From the NCBI GenBank assembly GCA_008632985.1, contig QPGO01000064.1:372001-428350 (forward strand): 56,350 nt of DNA. The letters are read 5' to 3'. Shown one piece after another: positions 1-11,613 of this stretch; the stretch's first letter is position 1; the number at the start of each line of letters is the position of its first letter. The stretch is from Psammoneis japonica (taxonomy: Eukaryota). The notes under the pieces are model-generated. The model had not been told where the DNA came from, ran no database searches, and saw only the letters and a list, made by a program, of their open reading frames with translations. Position numbers and translations under genes: made by a program.

Positions 1-3000
1 GTGCCGGGCGTGCCCTCCTGCTTCTTCATCTGGCTGCTCAAGCAGAGACCTTTTTCCCAACAAGAGCCCACCAAATCACAACAACGCCAACACAACTCCG
101 CTTGCTCACATTGTGCACAGCTCTTTTCAATCTCAACAACAAGACCCTGGCACAGCAGCTGTGGCAGTGTGGTGCTCAGCCACTCTGCTTTTGCACCATG
201 ACTCTGAGCCTCTCCTCTCCTCCTGCCACACCACCACACAGTGCACTGCCACATGGCAGCTCCTTTGACGCACATTTGTGCTTGACAAGAAGTTCTGTCA
301 ACAAGAAACAAAAGTTTTGCACATGTGGTTGGACTCTCCACAGGTGTTGCAGTTCTTCAAAAACCAACCAAGGTGGCCACTGCAACCCAAAAGCACTGAA
401 TGATGATGTTTTGACACTGGCTCATTTTTAGCCACAAATCTGGTGCTGTCGAAGCTCTCAGTGTTGGGCTGACAGTTGATTTTTTCCAGTGGTCATGGAT
501 TTGCAATGTTTTGTTTTGCAGCCCAGCATCTCATTCAGAGTTGATTCATTTGTTTAGAAGAGCATTGGTTTGTGGTTCTTCCCCATTGCATTTTTTTGTT
601 TTCTGCTGCATGTTTGTCTCTTTGTTGCATCATGCACCACGAAGCTCAGCTGCCAACCCATTGTTTGCACAACAATGGCACACCCCTGTTACAATCTGCT
701 GCACCCTCATCACATGACTGACAGCAACAAAAAAAACTCTCCTTTTGAAATGAGCTTGTCCAACCGAGCCACCCTCCGTTTGCGACAGCAGATGGCACAG
801 TGTGCAAACTTCTTGCTGAGCTCTTGCTTTTTTCTTTGCACCCAACATCAATTTGCACTCCAGAGCCTGACTCACAATGTCAAGCAGCCCCCACAAAACA
901 GCCATGTCATCATTCAATGTTTGTCATCATTCACACTTCCTGCTGCTGTGCATGCTTGTCAACTCACTTTTGACCTCATCATCACAGTGCAATTTGACAA
1001 ATTCTGACATCAATCCAGATCTCACAGTGTGGGTCAATCTGTGCCTCATTCAGCACCACTTTCAAGCTGCTGATTGATGATGAAGGTGCTGCAAACACTT
1101 TTGGGGTGCCAAGTCATCAGGGCCAAGTTGGCTGCAAAATTGTTTGATTTGGTGTTTTTGTTGTTTCGGGCGGACCATGCACTTGCACACTCCTGCACTC
1201 TGTTTTGGCTGTGGCAGGGAGCAGATTTCTGCAAGTGCACACCAAATCATGTCTGCTGTCTGTGCAGCTCTTCTTTGTTGCCCTGTGAATGCACGAGCTG
1301 TGTCTCTCTTGCAAAGAACCGCAGAGAGTCATTCAGAAGCCATGCTTGTTGAAGTGCTGGTGTGCCAACTTGGAGAAAAGGATGAGAGGGCTCTCTACAA
1401 AACCAAGACTCCAGGACCTGGGCCACATGAGTGGCAGTTGCAGCAAAAGCTTTGGTGACAGAAAACTCATTTGGTGTTGAAACTTCATGCAAAGTTCAGC
1501 ACAGACAGACAGATGGCAGCAGCAGCACATTTCAACAACTGCATCATCAACAAAATTGGCTGCGATTTCTCACTTGACAACTCATGGCAGGAAAGCTTGA
1601 GAGACAAGGCTGCAAGCCTCCAAAAAATGTGTGGTGTGCAATGAACAAAGCTTGGTTTCATGTTTCTGACTTGTGCCTCAGCAAAGCCTCTCTCGCAGGA
1701 TCCGTTCTTGCTTGAACTTTGGCTCATGATGAAATGGAAGAGATGGCTTGCCTGTTCATTGCGCTTGTTTCAAAAATGCCACTGCAAATTTCTCCACTTC
1801 CCTCAAGCCATTTTGCCAGTGCAAAACAAGTCCATGTCTCTGGCACTCCTGGCATGCTGCATGCTGAAGTTTTGCTCACCCACTGCCGCTCAGCAACCAA
1901 ACCTTTGAATGAGCCACTCTGTGAAGTTTGGGAAGTCAAACCCACTGCTGTTGGGCACAGCCAATTCCACTGGATCAATCTTGCAATGCTTGGCCACAGT
2001 TGGTGCAAAGTCTCATCTGGGAGTCACCACAGACCACCAGTGCTGCTCTCATTGGTTGGCACCAGCATGGGATCTTTGCACTCTGGACAAACCAGGGAAG
2101 TCAAGTCTGCTGCTGCTGGGGACAAGGTGACATGGGGCAACAGTGCCACAAGAAGATCAACCTTGCAATGATCAAAAAGCAAAAAATCAATCTCTTTTTC
2201 AAAAACAGGTGCACTGCGTCCAATTGAGCAGTGCTCAACAATCAACATCTGCTGGCTGCCCAACAAACCAGGGTTCACAAATGAAACACACTGGCGGTTG
2301 GTGATGAAGACCAGCAAAACAACTCACTCAAATTGACTCAAATGACTTGAAACTTTTAAAGCCACAATGTGACAAAAGGCTTTTTTAAAAGAGCTGGTCA
2401 CTTTCAAAATGACACAGGTGACAATCACCAGACCAGCTGGCTTGGCTCCATGGAAAAAAGGGGACACATCATCACCACATGAAACAACACAAAAACACAG
2501 AATGCATCCACGCAGCACACAAACAATGATGGCGCACCACAGGAAGGCACCAACAAAACCAGGGCTCCGCAAACACCAACAAAGAAAAGCTGCTGGGAAG
2601 GCAAAGCAGAGATCAGAAGTGTGACATGGGAGCAGGCAGCTTGCAGCAAAGAACAAATGCTGGCACTTTTTTGCACTTTCTTCATTTCTCCTTGAAACTC
2701 AGACAAAGCTGACAAAAACAGCCGCCCTCCAAGGACAAGAAACAAAGTGCTGCTGCATTGCATGCAGGTGAGCAGAAATGGTGGCATTGTGCCATGTTTG
2801 TCAAACAAAACATGCCACCAATGACTTCTCTGTTGTCTTCTCTCATGGATTGCCGTTGCATTGCACACAATGAAAAGCTGCTGCAAAAACTGACTCTTTT
2901 GCTTTGTGAGACACAAAAGATTGGAGCAGCGCGCAATCCTGGCAGCACAGCCAAGAACACCAAGATGCAAAACAGGCTTTGAGAGACAATGGGACAGCAG

Positions 3001-3876
3001 CTTGAAAAGCAAAAGGAGCAAAGGCAATGCAATGCCAGCATGAGATGAGAGCATGCACCAAACATCAAACATTGCGGGAAAAAAAAAGCAAACATTGTTG
3101 AAAACAAAAACTGTCACAAAGTGGGTGCACAACAGCTGACAAACAAACAACTCAAATGATTGTTTGCATGCTCCAGCCAATTGACAGCAACAATTGATGA
3201 GACTGTTGCTTTGCAATTTTGCCAGCTGCAAAAAATGCCCACAGAAGCTCGCAATGACTGTGCTGTGGACATGGGCGAAAATTCGTCTTCTTGTCAAGAG
3301 CCCATGCACACTGTGAGACCAAATTTTCTTTTGTTTGGTTTCCCACTTTGCAACTCAGTTGGTTGTGAAAATTCGCTCATTTGCAACAAACGAGAGCTTG
3401 ACAAGAAAACACAGCCAAGCTCCCTCCAATCAAAAGCAAAGAGAGTTTCAGCTCTGAACAAGAGCAGCCAGCACTGCACTCTCATCAGAGATGCTTTTTT
3501 GTTTCCCAAAGACGAGAATCACTCTCAACAACAAGAGGACTCTGGCACAGCTTGCAGCACCGCGCTCAGCTGCTGCTCTCCCACCTCTCCCACCAAGCCT
3601 GCTGCCACAAGGCAGAGGTGTGTCATGCAAAATTTTGCTTTGCCCCTCCATTTCCAGGTGGTGCCAGGGGGTGGGCTGACAGATTCAGCTGGGGAATTGC
3701 CCGATCACATCACAATCTTATGAGATTTCAGGCATTGCACCTGCAGAGGCAGAGACAGATTTCAGGCATTGCACCCGCCGAGGCAGAGACGGACTCATTC
3801 AGATCAACAGAAAAAGAGAGCGTGATGTCAACGCATCTCGTGTTGAGAGAACAGCAAAGAAGAACAGCTGGCTTGA
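1..3876. other. TpA-depleted, CA/TG-rich degenerate block (probable decayed repeat/TE DNA)
   Basis: Only about 6 TA dinucleotides seen in 3.9 kb (429, ~555, ~1396, ~2356, ~2386, ~3719). Stacked six-frame ORFs are C/H/Q-rich and nearly Tyr-free, with no recognisable domain. Confidence 0.85.
3723..3790 (+). repeat. 34-bp tandem duplication
   Basis: agatttcaggcattgcacctgcagaggcagagac followed by agatttcaggcattgcacccgccgaggcagagac. Confidence 0.85.
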
Positions 3877-4109
3877 CGTAATCTTGACGCAATCCTTTGG
3901 TATACTTCTACAGGAGTCTACGTGATCTGATTTCTGCCACGTAAGACGAACGTCGCGCAGTCAACTTGCTGGTGTCAGGCTGACGTTGACGATCGATGTT
4001 GAATTTTGAAAATTCGGACCCTCACTTTTTTCTCTCGCACTCATTGTTGTTGCGTTGCGCTCCACCTATCACCATTTTCTTTATCTTAGCATCCCTATCC
4101 TATCTTACC

Positions 4110-5030
4110 ATGCCGTACCATCTCGCCGACGCCAGAGCTGATGCTCACGAATTCCTTGAGAAGCCATGGATGCGTGGTCCCAAAGAAATCGGCTGTGCTT
4201 TCTCGGCTTCTTTCCTCGTTAGTCCTTTGGTCTCGATCTTGGACAAAGCCATGGTTCAGCCGATCACCGGAGTGGGAACATTCATGAAGACTGTCGGCGC
4301 TGCCAGTTCTGAGATGGTTGCCCAGCCCAAGGCTTTCTTCGGAGGTCTTTCTTTCCGCTTGACTTTTATCGTTTACTTTGGTACTTACGCCGCTGCCAAC
4401 CTTAGTGAGCTGGCTCTCGACGCTTACAAGGTGCGCGAAGAAGAGAAGAGGAAGCAGATCAAGGTCGGAAACGCATCTGTTGCCAACATTGGTCTTTTGG
4501 CGTGGAGAGACTCCATCTTTGCTCGCGAGTTCAGTGGAGGTAACACAAAGCCCAAGAGCACTCCTCTCCGCACCATCAGTATGTTTGCCGCACGTGATTG
4601 CGCCACGATGATTGCTACTTTCTACCTCGCTCCCAAGGCCTCCAAGTATCTCATCAAGGAGCAGGAAGTGAACCGTCATGTCGCCGAGGTGTCTACAGCT
4701 CTTGTGATCCCTGTGATTACTCAAATCCTTACAGCTCCTATCCACATTCATGCCATGGACTACTACAACCGTCCTGAAGCTACCACCGGACAGCGGTTCC
4801 AGGCCGTCAAGGAAGAATTTGGAAAGGTGTCCTTTGCGCGTGGTCTCCGTATTCTGCCAGCTTTCGGAATTGGTTCTTACTCGAACAACAAGTTCCGAGA
4901 GTTGTTCATCCGTCAACCCAACGAAGACCTTCTCTTGAGCCGCAAGGTTACCAAGCTCATCCAGAGGCAAACGGAGCTTATCAGGAGAATGACGCAGGCG
5001 GAACCTGCCACTATCAAGAACACCAAATAG
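4110..5030 (+). CDS. Putative mitochondrial membrane protein (carrier-like 'sequence orphan' family)
   Basis: Intronless ORF with normal codon use. Motifs SPLVSILDKA, MFAARDCAT, QILTAPIHIHAMDYYNRP, RILPAFGIG. ATG at 4110 follows a pyrimidine-rich UTR-like leader. Confidence 0.7.
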   Translation: MPYHLADARADAHEFLEKPWMRGPKEIGCAFSASFLVSPLVSILDKAMVQPITGVGTFMKTVGAASSEMVAQPKAFFGGLSFRLTFIVYFGTYAAANLSELALDAYKVREEEKRKQIKVGNASVANIGLLAWRDSIFAREFSGGNTKPKSTPLRTISMFAARDCATMIATFYLAPKASKYLIKEQEVNRHVAEVSTALVIPVITQILTAPIHIHAMDYYNRPEATTGQRFQAVKEEFGKVSFARGLRILPAFGIGSYSNNKFRELFIRQPNEDLLLSRKVTKLIQRQTELIRRMTQAEPATIKNTK

Positions 5031-5604
5031 ATTCTCCTGTGAAGTTGGTGTTTTTGATCTTTCATTCGTCCCTCGACAGCCATCATCCCACGTACATTTT
5101 CCTTACATATATTCGTTTTTCCGGTAATGCGTTTAGAAACTATGTTGCGCAATTCTACTTTATTGTACTAGCAACACACCATAGCCTTTTCTCTTCCTGC
5201 ATCACATTGTATCAGAGGTGCTTCTTGTGACGCTATCATTATATTATGCAGTGTTGGCCATCCGGGATGACGAGAAGAAAATTCATTAGGCTCTCACGCC
5301 CAGCGAGACAAAGAGCGACCGTATGATACCGAACACTACTGTAATACAATTACATGTTGCCCATCGCCGTGACAGTTGGATAATGGCTACCGCGTCCCTC
5401 GAAGAGGCATACTAAAAATCCTGCATGATGCAAGCTGTGCAAATTTGCCTCGTTGCCTCAGTACTCAACCACCGCCCGGAAGCCACATTCTGAGGAGAGG
5501 GGGTTACCGAGATTTTCACTTCTTACTGAAAATCCACATCTCAGTTGGCGCGTTCAGCTGGCAAAAGGATTTACCCTTGCTCCACAGTGGAAAATGGCTA
5601 ACAG

Positions 5605-6613
5605 CTACGGCTTCGCTGATGACAACTCTGCAAGTTCTATGTTTTCGAAGAAGGTTTGATTGAGACGCAGAAAGCCGTACTCCACCGCCCCCTGGATAAG
5701 AGTGGTAAAAACACGAACGTGATCTACAATCCTGTTTCACAAAAAAGGCCAGCACGTTGAAAACCCTTACCGTGTATCTCCAATAATGGATGTTTGGCTC
5801 CTTATGAAAAATGACGTAACCCTTCTTGTACATATTTCGAAAGAAGTCGTAAGCTTGTGGATAGGGCATTTTGTTTTCAGGGCCCGAATGTAGTTCCACC
5901 AAGACTTGACGGAAAATTACAGGAGCGTCAAACCAACTCTGGAAGGTATCCCATTCACATCCCTCGCAGTCAATCTTGAAGATATCAATAGTCCGTCCTA
6001 CATGTCCCAGCTCCTCTACCACCTGCTTCAAAGTCTTGAACCAGCCTCTTTCATCAAGATGCTCCGTGGCATCGATGCCGTTCTGATGAAAAATGGCGCC
6101 CACCTCAGCGGCTTGTTGAGAATAGTCTCTCATGTCAAAGGTATGCACTTCACAGTGTAAGCCGAGATCGCTCTTGATGTGCTTTTCGAAAGAAGTCTCT
6201 CCGTTGGATCCGACGCTGTACACGAGGCATTTCTCACTTTCCTTTATTCGATATGCGTCACACACCCACTTGCCTCCGTCTCCCAGACGTCCGATACGCT
6301 GTTCATGTCTACAAGCAAAGTCGGGCTCGTAGTTGCTTTGAAACCACGCGTGCGTATTCAACCCGCCTTTGCAATATGAGCAAACATTAGGCTGAACATT
6401 CTTGACTCGTTGTTTCATACGATTCCATTCTAACGAAGATATGTCATCAAAGAATCCCATCGATTCCTCCATGGCTAATTGATAGTCGCCCTCGTGCTTC
6501 GGTGCAACAACATTGTGCACTTTGTGGACTTGAGGCTGTGAGGGCACATAATCCCAATTCCACTGAGCTCCAATTGTAAGACCAAGACACAAAAGCGCCA
6601 ATCCAATTACCAC
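5605..6613 (-). CDS. Methyltransf_22/METTL24-like (FkbM-related) methyltransferase; 5' end unresolved
   Basis: RIGRLGDGGKWVCD, CLVYSVGSNG, CEVHTFD, IDIFKIDCEGCEW, GYVIFHKEPN. GT-AG intron 5692-5770 gives the C-terminus GAVEYGFLRLNQTFF...*. No in-frame ATG upstream of the GTG. Confidence 0.8.
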
Positions 6614-6939
6614 TGCCCGTGACCGAGAGCTGGAAATATAAACCTTATTACCCGCCGATGGCGTCGTCGGAGCGACACCATGGCATACCCGACCCGCTTA
6701 TTATTTTTTGTGAGTTGTGAGGGAAGGAATAAGTTGTTTCGTTTGTCTGTGAGTTTGCACTGCAGTGATTGTTCGTTCTTTTCGTCCCCGGTTTGCCTTG
6801 TCTGCGTTGTAGTTGGAGGACAACAGCAAAGAATGAACCAGCAGCATTGCGTCACTGCCTGGCACAGTCTAAATCTAGCATTTTGAAAAGGTCTCACCAC
6901 GCTAGCATAAAGCCAGGGCCCAGTCACAGTGATAAGATC

Positions 6940-8826
6940 CAACCAAATGTTTTGGGCAAGCCAAGTTCAAGGCCAAGTCTCAAGCTGGCACATCTGAAAG
7001 ACAGGCATCCCCAAGAGAGGCTCTGTGCTTTCATTCCGCCAGCAGCTCCGCCAGGAGCAAGGAGCTGTGAAACAATGAAGAAAAGGCTGTGGCAGCATGG
7101 TGTCCACTGCAGCACAAGCTCTGCCAGCACATGTCCTCAAGGAGCTGTCAACAACAAGGGGGCTTCTGAGAGAGGAAAGGGCACAGCAGCACACAGCCCT
7201 GTGCTCTCTGCACACACGAAGAGCGACAAGTCAGCAAGCGCTGTAACAGAGACTCCACCTCTTGTCAGAAAAGTGGGGCAACAACTTCATCTGCCAAGCT
7301 TCACACACAAGCAGCACTGTCATTGCAAAAGAAAGCAACCAATGAAAGATGGCAGCCAGGACAAAAGCCAGCAGGACAAAAGCCTCTGCTGTTGCCAGTG
7401 CTGGTGGTCTTTGGCATGGAGAGACTCTGTTTTAGCTCATGAGCTCAGTGGAGAAAACACACCAGCGTTGCACACAGCTGCACCAAAATGACTGCCACTT
7501 TCTGCCTTGGCAAAAATGGCTGTCAACTTCTTTCTGGCTGGCCACATGGCAGTGAGACCTTCCAACCTGCCAAAGTCTGATGTGGGCCTGTTGCCTGGGT
7601 TTTGATCCTTTCCCAGTCTTCACCCTAAATTGTCCCAAGGACAGAAAAATGTGCACCTTTTTTTTTTTGGGCATGTTGCCATTTTGACACTCAAGCACTG
7701 GGTGGACAGTCTTGCAGAATGTGGTTCTCAAAGAGGCAGCATGTCACCTGCCAAAGAAAAAAAACATCATGCCCTTGCCAAAGACCACTTGCTCAAATGA
7801 AAAGAATGAAGACTGCGTCCATCTTGTTGCCCACACATGCCCAATGAAGATGTTGTTGAGTGAAAATTTGGAACTCAGCCACCACCTCATTGGCCCTTGC
7901 AGTGCTTCCAGCACTTTGTCCCAAACAGCTTCATGTCCAAAGCTTTGGTTCACAACATCCTCTCAACAAAGCTCGCGATGAAGACAAGCACAAGATTTGC
8001 AAAAATTTCTCCACCAACAGTGTTGTGTCTTCTTCTCCTTCCCATCCAAGGACACCTTCCAAGTGAAAGGTCAAAAAATCTTTGCACATTTTGTGGCTTG
8101 TGCAAGTGCATTGTCAGCAAAATTCTTTGAAGTTGGGTGGGCCGCAGGACCAACCTAAATTCATTTTGAACATGAACAAGATGGGCCAAAAGTCAGCAAC
8201 AATTTGGGAATTCCTGGTGGACCCCAAGGCCTTGCTGGCCATCATTCTTCCACCTGAAGAGGAAAAGACAAGCTCTAAACTCAAGAAAGACAACAAGATT
8301 TGCTGCTGGTTTGAGGGTGGCCTCATTCTCAATGTCAACTGGAAAGCCCAAGAGTGCAAAACTTTTCTGGCCGAACAGTTGTGGACACCAGAGCCTCCCC
8401 TGTCCTTCAGCATTAAGCCCAGTTCTCCTGCCCTTTGCAATGTTGAAGGCCATGTCACCTTGGTCACACAGTCACCAGACAAAGCTGCCACCAGCAGCAC
8501 TGCATCTGCAGGGACAACCAAGCCTCTCATGATGAATCCTCACCCGCAACATCATTGCCCACCAAGTCCACACCACAGCTCCTGTTTGAAACTTGCCACT
8601 TAAAACTGCCAAAGGCTCAGCATTGTTTGCAATTCAGTTTGCACCAATGCATTCATGAAACCAACAGCATTCTCCCTTTTATAATCACCACCATGCTGCA
8701 GATCCTTTGCAGCATGGACCTCTTCAGCAAGAAAACGAAGAAGAATCGGGCACCACCAAAGGATCAAACTTGGACTCTGGTGGGGACCACAAAACACATT
8801 CCCATTGTCATTCATGAGACATGAGC
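6940..8826. other. TpA-depleted block 2
   Basis: About 9 residual TA, all in TTA/TAA context. Abrupt edges. Confidence 0.85.
6990..7372 (-). pseudogene. 3' fragment of a duplicate MBOAT/LPCAT gene, TpA-erased
   Basis: 7081-7132 aligns to 15649-15700, ~7250-7310 to ~15790-15850 and 7341-7370 to 15873-15902. 6990-7015 resembles the 3' flank at 15488-15513. Confidence 0.9.
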
Positions 8827-9045
8827 ATAGCTTGCCAACTAGAAGGGCGGTGCATGTGTTCACTTTAGATGTAGGACGTGTGTTTGTAAGGATTCAAGCA
8901 CATTTACATAAACATAAGTATAAAAGGCATCTTCCATTGGACGCTTCTAGATAAGCTACCACAGCACGAAGCAAACGGAGGCCTTCGTTGGTGGCCTGTA
9001 AACTCCACCATGTGATTCGAGCTACGAAGTGCAAGTGCCAACAAC

Positions 9046-11613
9046 TCACGGATCGGCGCTCTCTTCTATTTCTGCAACGGCCTCGTTAACAGCTCTCAAC
9101 GCAATATTTGCTTGTTTCCGAATAAAGGTTTCGTCTGAAGGGATGACGGGTAGAAGCATCAGGGGGTCACCACCAAACGCAAAAGCTTCGACCGCATCAG
9201 CACTCAGAAAAGCTCTGGCGTTTGGTACAAAGTAGATATTCCTGCACAAATCCTTCGCGGAGAGTATGTGCAAATTCGTAAGAACACCGCACACAAACCC
9301 AAGCTCTTGCATATACTTTTGCTCCTTCAATTCTCGAAGAGCGATGATCCAGAGAGCCAAAACACGTGCAATCCGGACACGATTTTCGGGCGCAGTTCCA
9401 AACTTGTCGTAAATTGTTTCGCATTGGAATCTTGCCTCCCCGTACTCCTTTCCTATGCAAAGTGCTTCTGCATAGCACCGACTCATTTCCAAGACCTCTC
9501 CTGGACTGGGATTGGTGCTTCTGTGGATATTGCCGACTCCGCGTCTACAGCATTCGATGGCATCAATAGCAAGTTCCATGCTTACAGGGCATCCTTTAAC
9601 CTTGTCCATTTTCATTTGTTCATGTTGTAAGAGGTACCTGTTCCGGCGATGTTGGTATGCGACGTGTTCAAACCTTTGTTCCATGACAAATTCGCCACCC
9701 GGCTCCAGAAGAAATGAATCGAGAGATGTTTCAACCTTGATCAGTCCAGCCTCGATAACTGATTCCGCATTTTTCCATGAATTAGTGACCATGTAGTATT
9801 TTGCTTCCTCTAGACAGGCCAGAGCTTCTACATTTACAAACTGGGATCGGCCGGGTCCATCCCACGCTTCGTCCCTGGGGTCTGGTACCCGACTCAACCC
9901 CTCGTTGATTACAGATTTGATTTGTCGCAGTGATCTCTCGCATTTTTTCCCGAGGTCACGCAGAGACTTCTGATGATTATCTTTTGCTCTTTTGCCAAGT
10001 TTGGTGTCTCGATGGGCTGTCATATATTCTCTGACCGCAGTCTGAACCTTTGGAAGAAAAACCAAAGCTTTCTGGAAGCTCAATCCAGCGCGTCGCACTA
10101 CGGGAACCTCACCATCGAACATGCCAAATAGATCCTCCGCATAATTTAAGTAGTCCAGAGCAGTCTTGAAGTCTGCCGCTTTTCTTCGTCCAGTCGCATA
10201 GTCAAAGGCAACACTGCAGTAGGCGTTCAACTTCCTGTCATTCAAGCTCCCATCGTACTGAAAGCTATCATCTTTGATACTTACCTTATCTGCTTCAAGC
10301 GCGAGATTCATATCTAGAATTTTCCCCAACTTTTCTAGCTCTTTAACAGCTTCATCAAGAGAGAGCATCTCACCGTCTTGTTCTTTCTCCATTGTTGGTA
10401 AAGCACGCTCAAAGAAACTCATTATTTCCCATTCCACGCCGTTGAGCCGCAATTCGGTGGAAGCTCTGGTAAAACCAGTTTCAGTGAAAAGCTCGAGTCT
10501 TTTCTGCTGCCAATCAGCTTCCCCAATCCAAGCAAAGTACACGCAAGCAACGGCAGCACGGAAGTCATCCTCTGAAGTGTACACTATGGAATTTGCGGTT
10601 GCCTCCGGAATGGAACCAACGTAGTGTTTGTATCGAGTTGGCACTCCGCCGACGGACATATCGGCAACCCCAAAGTCGGCGAGCTTAACGGTGAAGGATT
10701 GATCGTCCCGCCCCCTTTTGAGAAGGACATTTGCAGGTTTAATGTCGCGGTGTGTTACACCATACTTTCGAAGGAGGACCACAACATCACATAATTCGTA
10801 TAGCATGCGAACAACATTAGGCGGATTCATCGTTGGCGAGGCCTTACCCACCCTATTGGTGCTCCGATGCGCGGACGACTTTTCTTCGATCCATTCAGCG
10901 AGGGATAAATCACAGAGTTCCATAATGAAGTACTCGTAGGTTTGTGATGAAACTGGTCTCGAAAGCAGTTTAACGATATTGGAATGGGGTGGGAGGAATG
11001 TCAACGGCGTTGCCTCTCGCAACTTTCGGGAAAGGTGTCCCGTACGTTGAGATGACAAGACTTTGATTGCGACATTTCGTTCTGATTGTTCTTGTCCTTG
11101 CCGTCCATCACTCTCACTTCCACTATCGTCAACATCCACATCCTCTTCTTCAATGGTCAGTAACTGTTTCGCTGCAAAGACCATACCATTTTGACCGGAC
11201 CCCAAATGGCGGTATACCTCGCAGTTCACCGGAATCGCTCTCAAAAATGACTTGACGCGCTCACTCTCGTCCAAGATACTATGAAAGTTCTTCTCCGGTG
11301 AAGCCGCGTCCACTTTCTCAAATGGCATGAGTCCTCCGTATCTCTGTATTTCCATTTGCGTCATGCTGGAAGACAGGAGGTTGTTCTCGTTGCTGGACGA
11401 GGGAGAACCCTCTTCTTCCTCCTCACTCTGGCCCATCATCATGTTCAACTCATTGCTTCGGAGTGATGGCTCCCTCAGGAGGAGATCTTGCGCCGGAACA
11501 ACTTGTCCCGACGAGCCTTCGACTACCACGACCGTCGGGGGGGCTGCTGCCTCCTTCACGGAAAGGCCTTCCAGATCTTCGGCTAATTTTTGATCACCGG
11601 ATTCCTCAGACAT
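9046..11613 (-). CDS. Ser/Thr-type protein kinase with long helical (TPR-like) C-terminal region
   Basis: 855 aa intronless ORF. LGSGQNGMVF, VAIK, HRDIKPANVLL, KLADFG. Divergent subdomains VIII-IX (IPE, DDFRAA). Confidence 0.9.
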   Translation of the reverse strand: MSEESGDQKLAEDLEGLSVKEAAAPPTVVVVEGSSGQVVPAQDLLLREPSLRSNELNMMMGQSEEEEEGSPSSSNENNLLSSSMTQMEIQRYGGLMPFEKVDAASPEKNFHSILDESERVKSFLRAIPVNCEVYRHLGSGQNGMVFAAKQLLTIEEEDVDVDDSGSESDGRQGQEQSERNVAIKVLSSQRTGHLSRKLREATPLTFLPPHSNIVKLLSRPVSSQTYEYFIMELCDLSLAEWIEEKSSAHRSTNRVGKASPTMNPPNVVRMLYELCDVVVLLRKYGVTHRDIKPANVLLKRGRDDQSFTVKLADFGVADMSVGGVPTRYKHYVGSIPEATANSIVYTSEDDFRAAVACVYFAWIGEADWQQKRLELFTETGFTRASTELRLNGVEWEIMSFFERALPTMEKEQDGEMLSLDEAVKELEKLGKILDMNLALEADKVSIKDDSFQYDGSLNDRKLNAYCSVAFDYATGRRKAADFKTALDYLNYAEDLFGMFDGEVPVVRRAGLSFQKALVFLPKVQTAVREYMTAHRDTKLGKRAKDNHQKSLRDLGKKCERSLRQIKSVINEGLSRVPDPRDEAWDGPGRSQFVNVEALACLEEAKYYMVTNSWKNAESVIEAGLIKVETSLDSFLLEPGGEFVMEQRFEHVAYQHRRNRYLLQHEQMKMDKVKGCPVSMELAIDAIECCRRGVGNIHRSTNPSPGEVLEMSRCYAEALCIGKEYGEARFQCETIYDKFGTAPENRVRIARVLALWIIALRELKEQKYMQELGFVCGVLTNLHILSAKDLCRNIYFVPNARAFLSADAVEAFAFGGDPLMLLPVIPSDETFIRKQANIALRAVNEAVAEIEESADP

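Noticed and set aside
1..3881. Many overlapping ORFs up to 294 aa (also at 6.8-8.8, 36.3-37.9 and 44.4-56.3 kb)
   Set aside because: By-product of TA loss removing TAA/TAG stops. The products are Tyr-less, C/H/Q-rich and lack intact domains.
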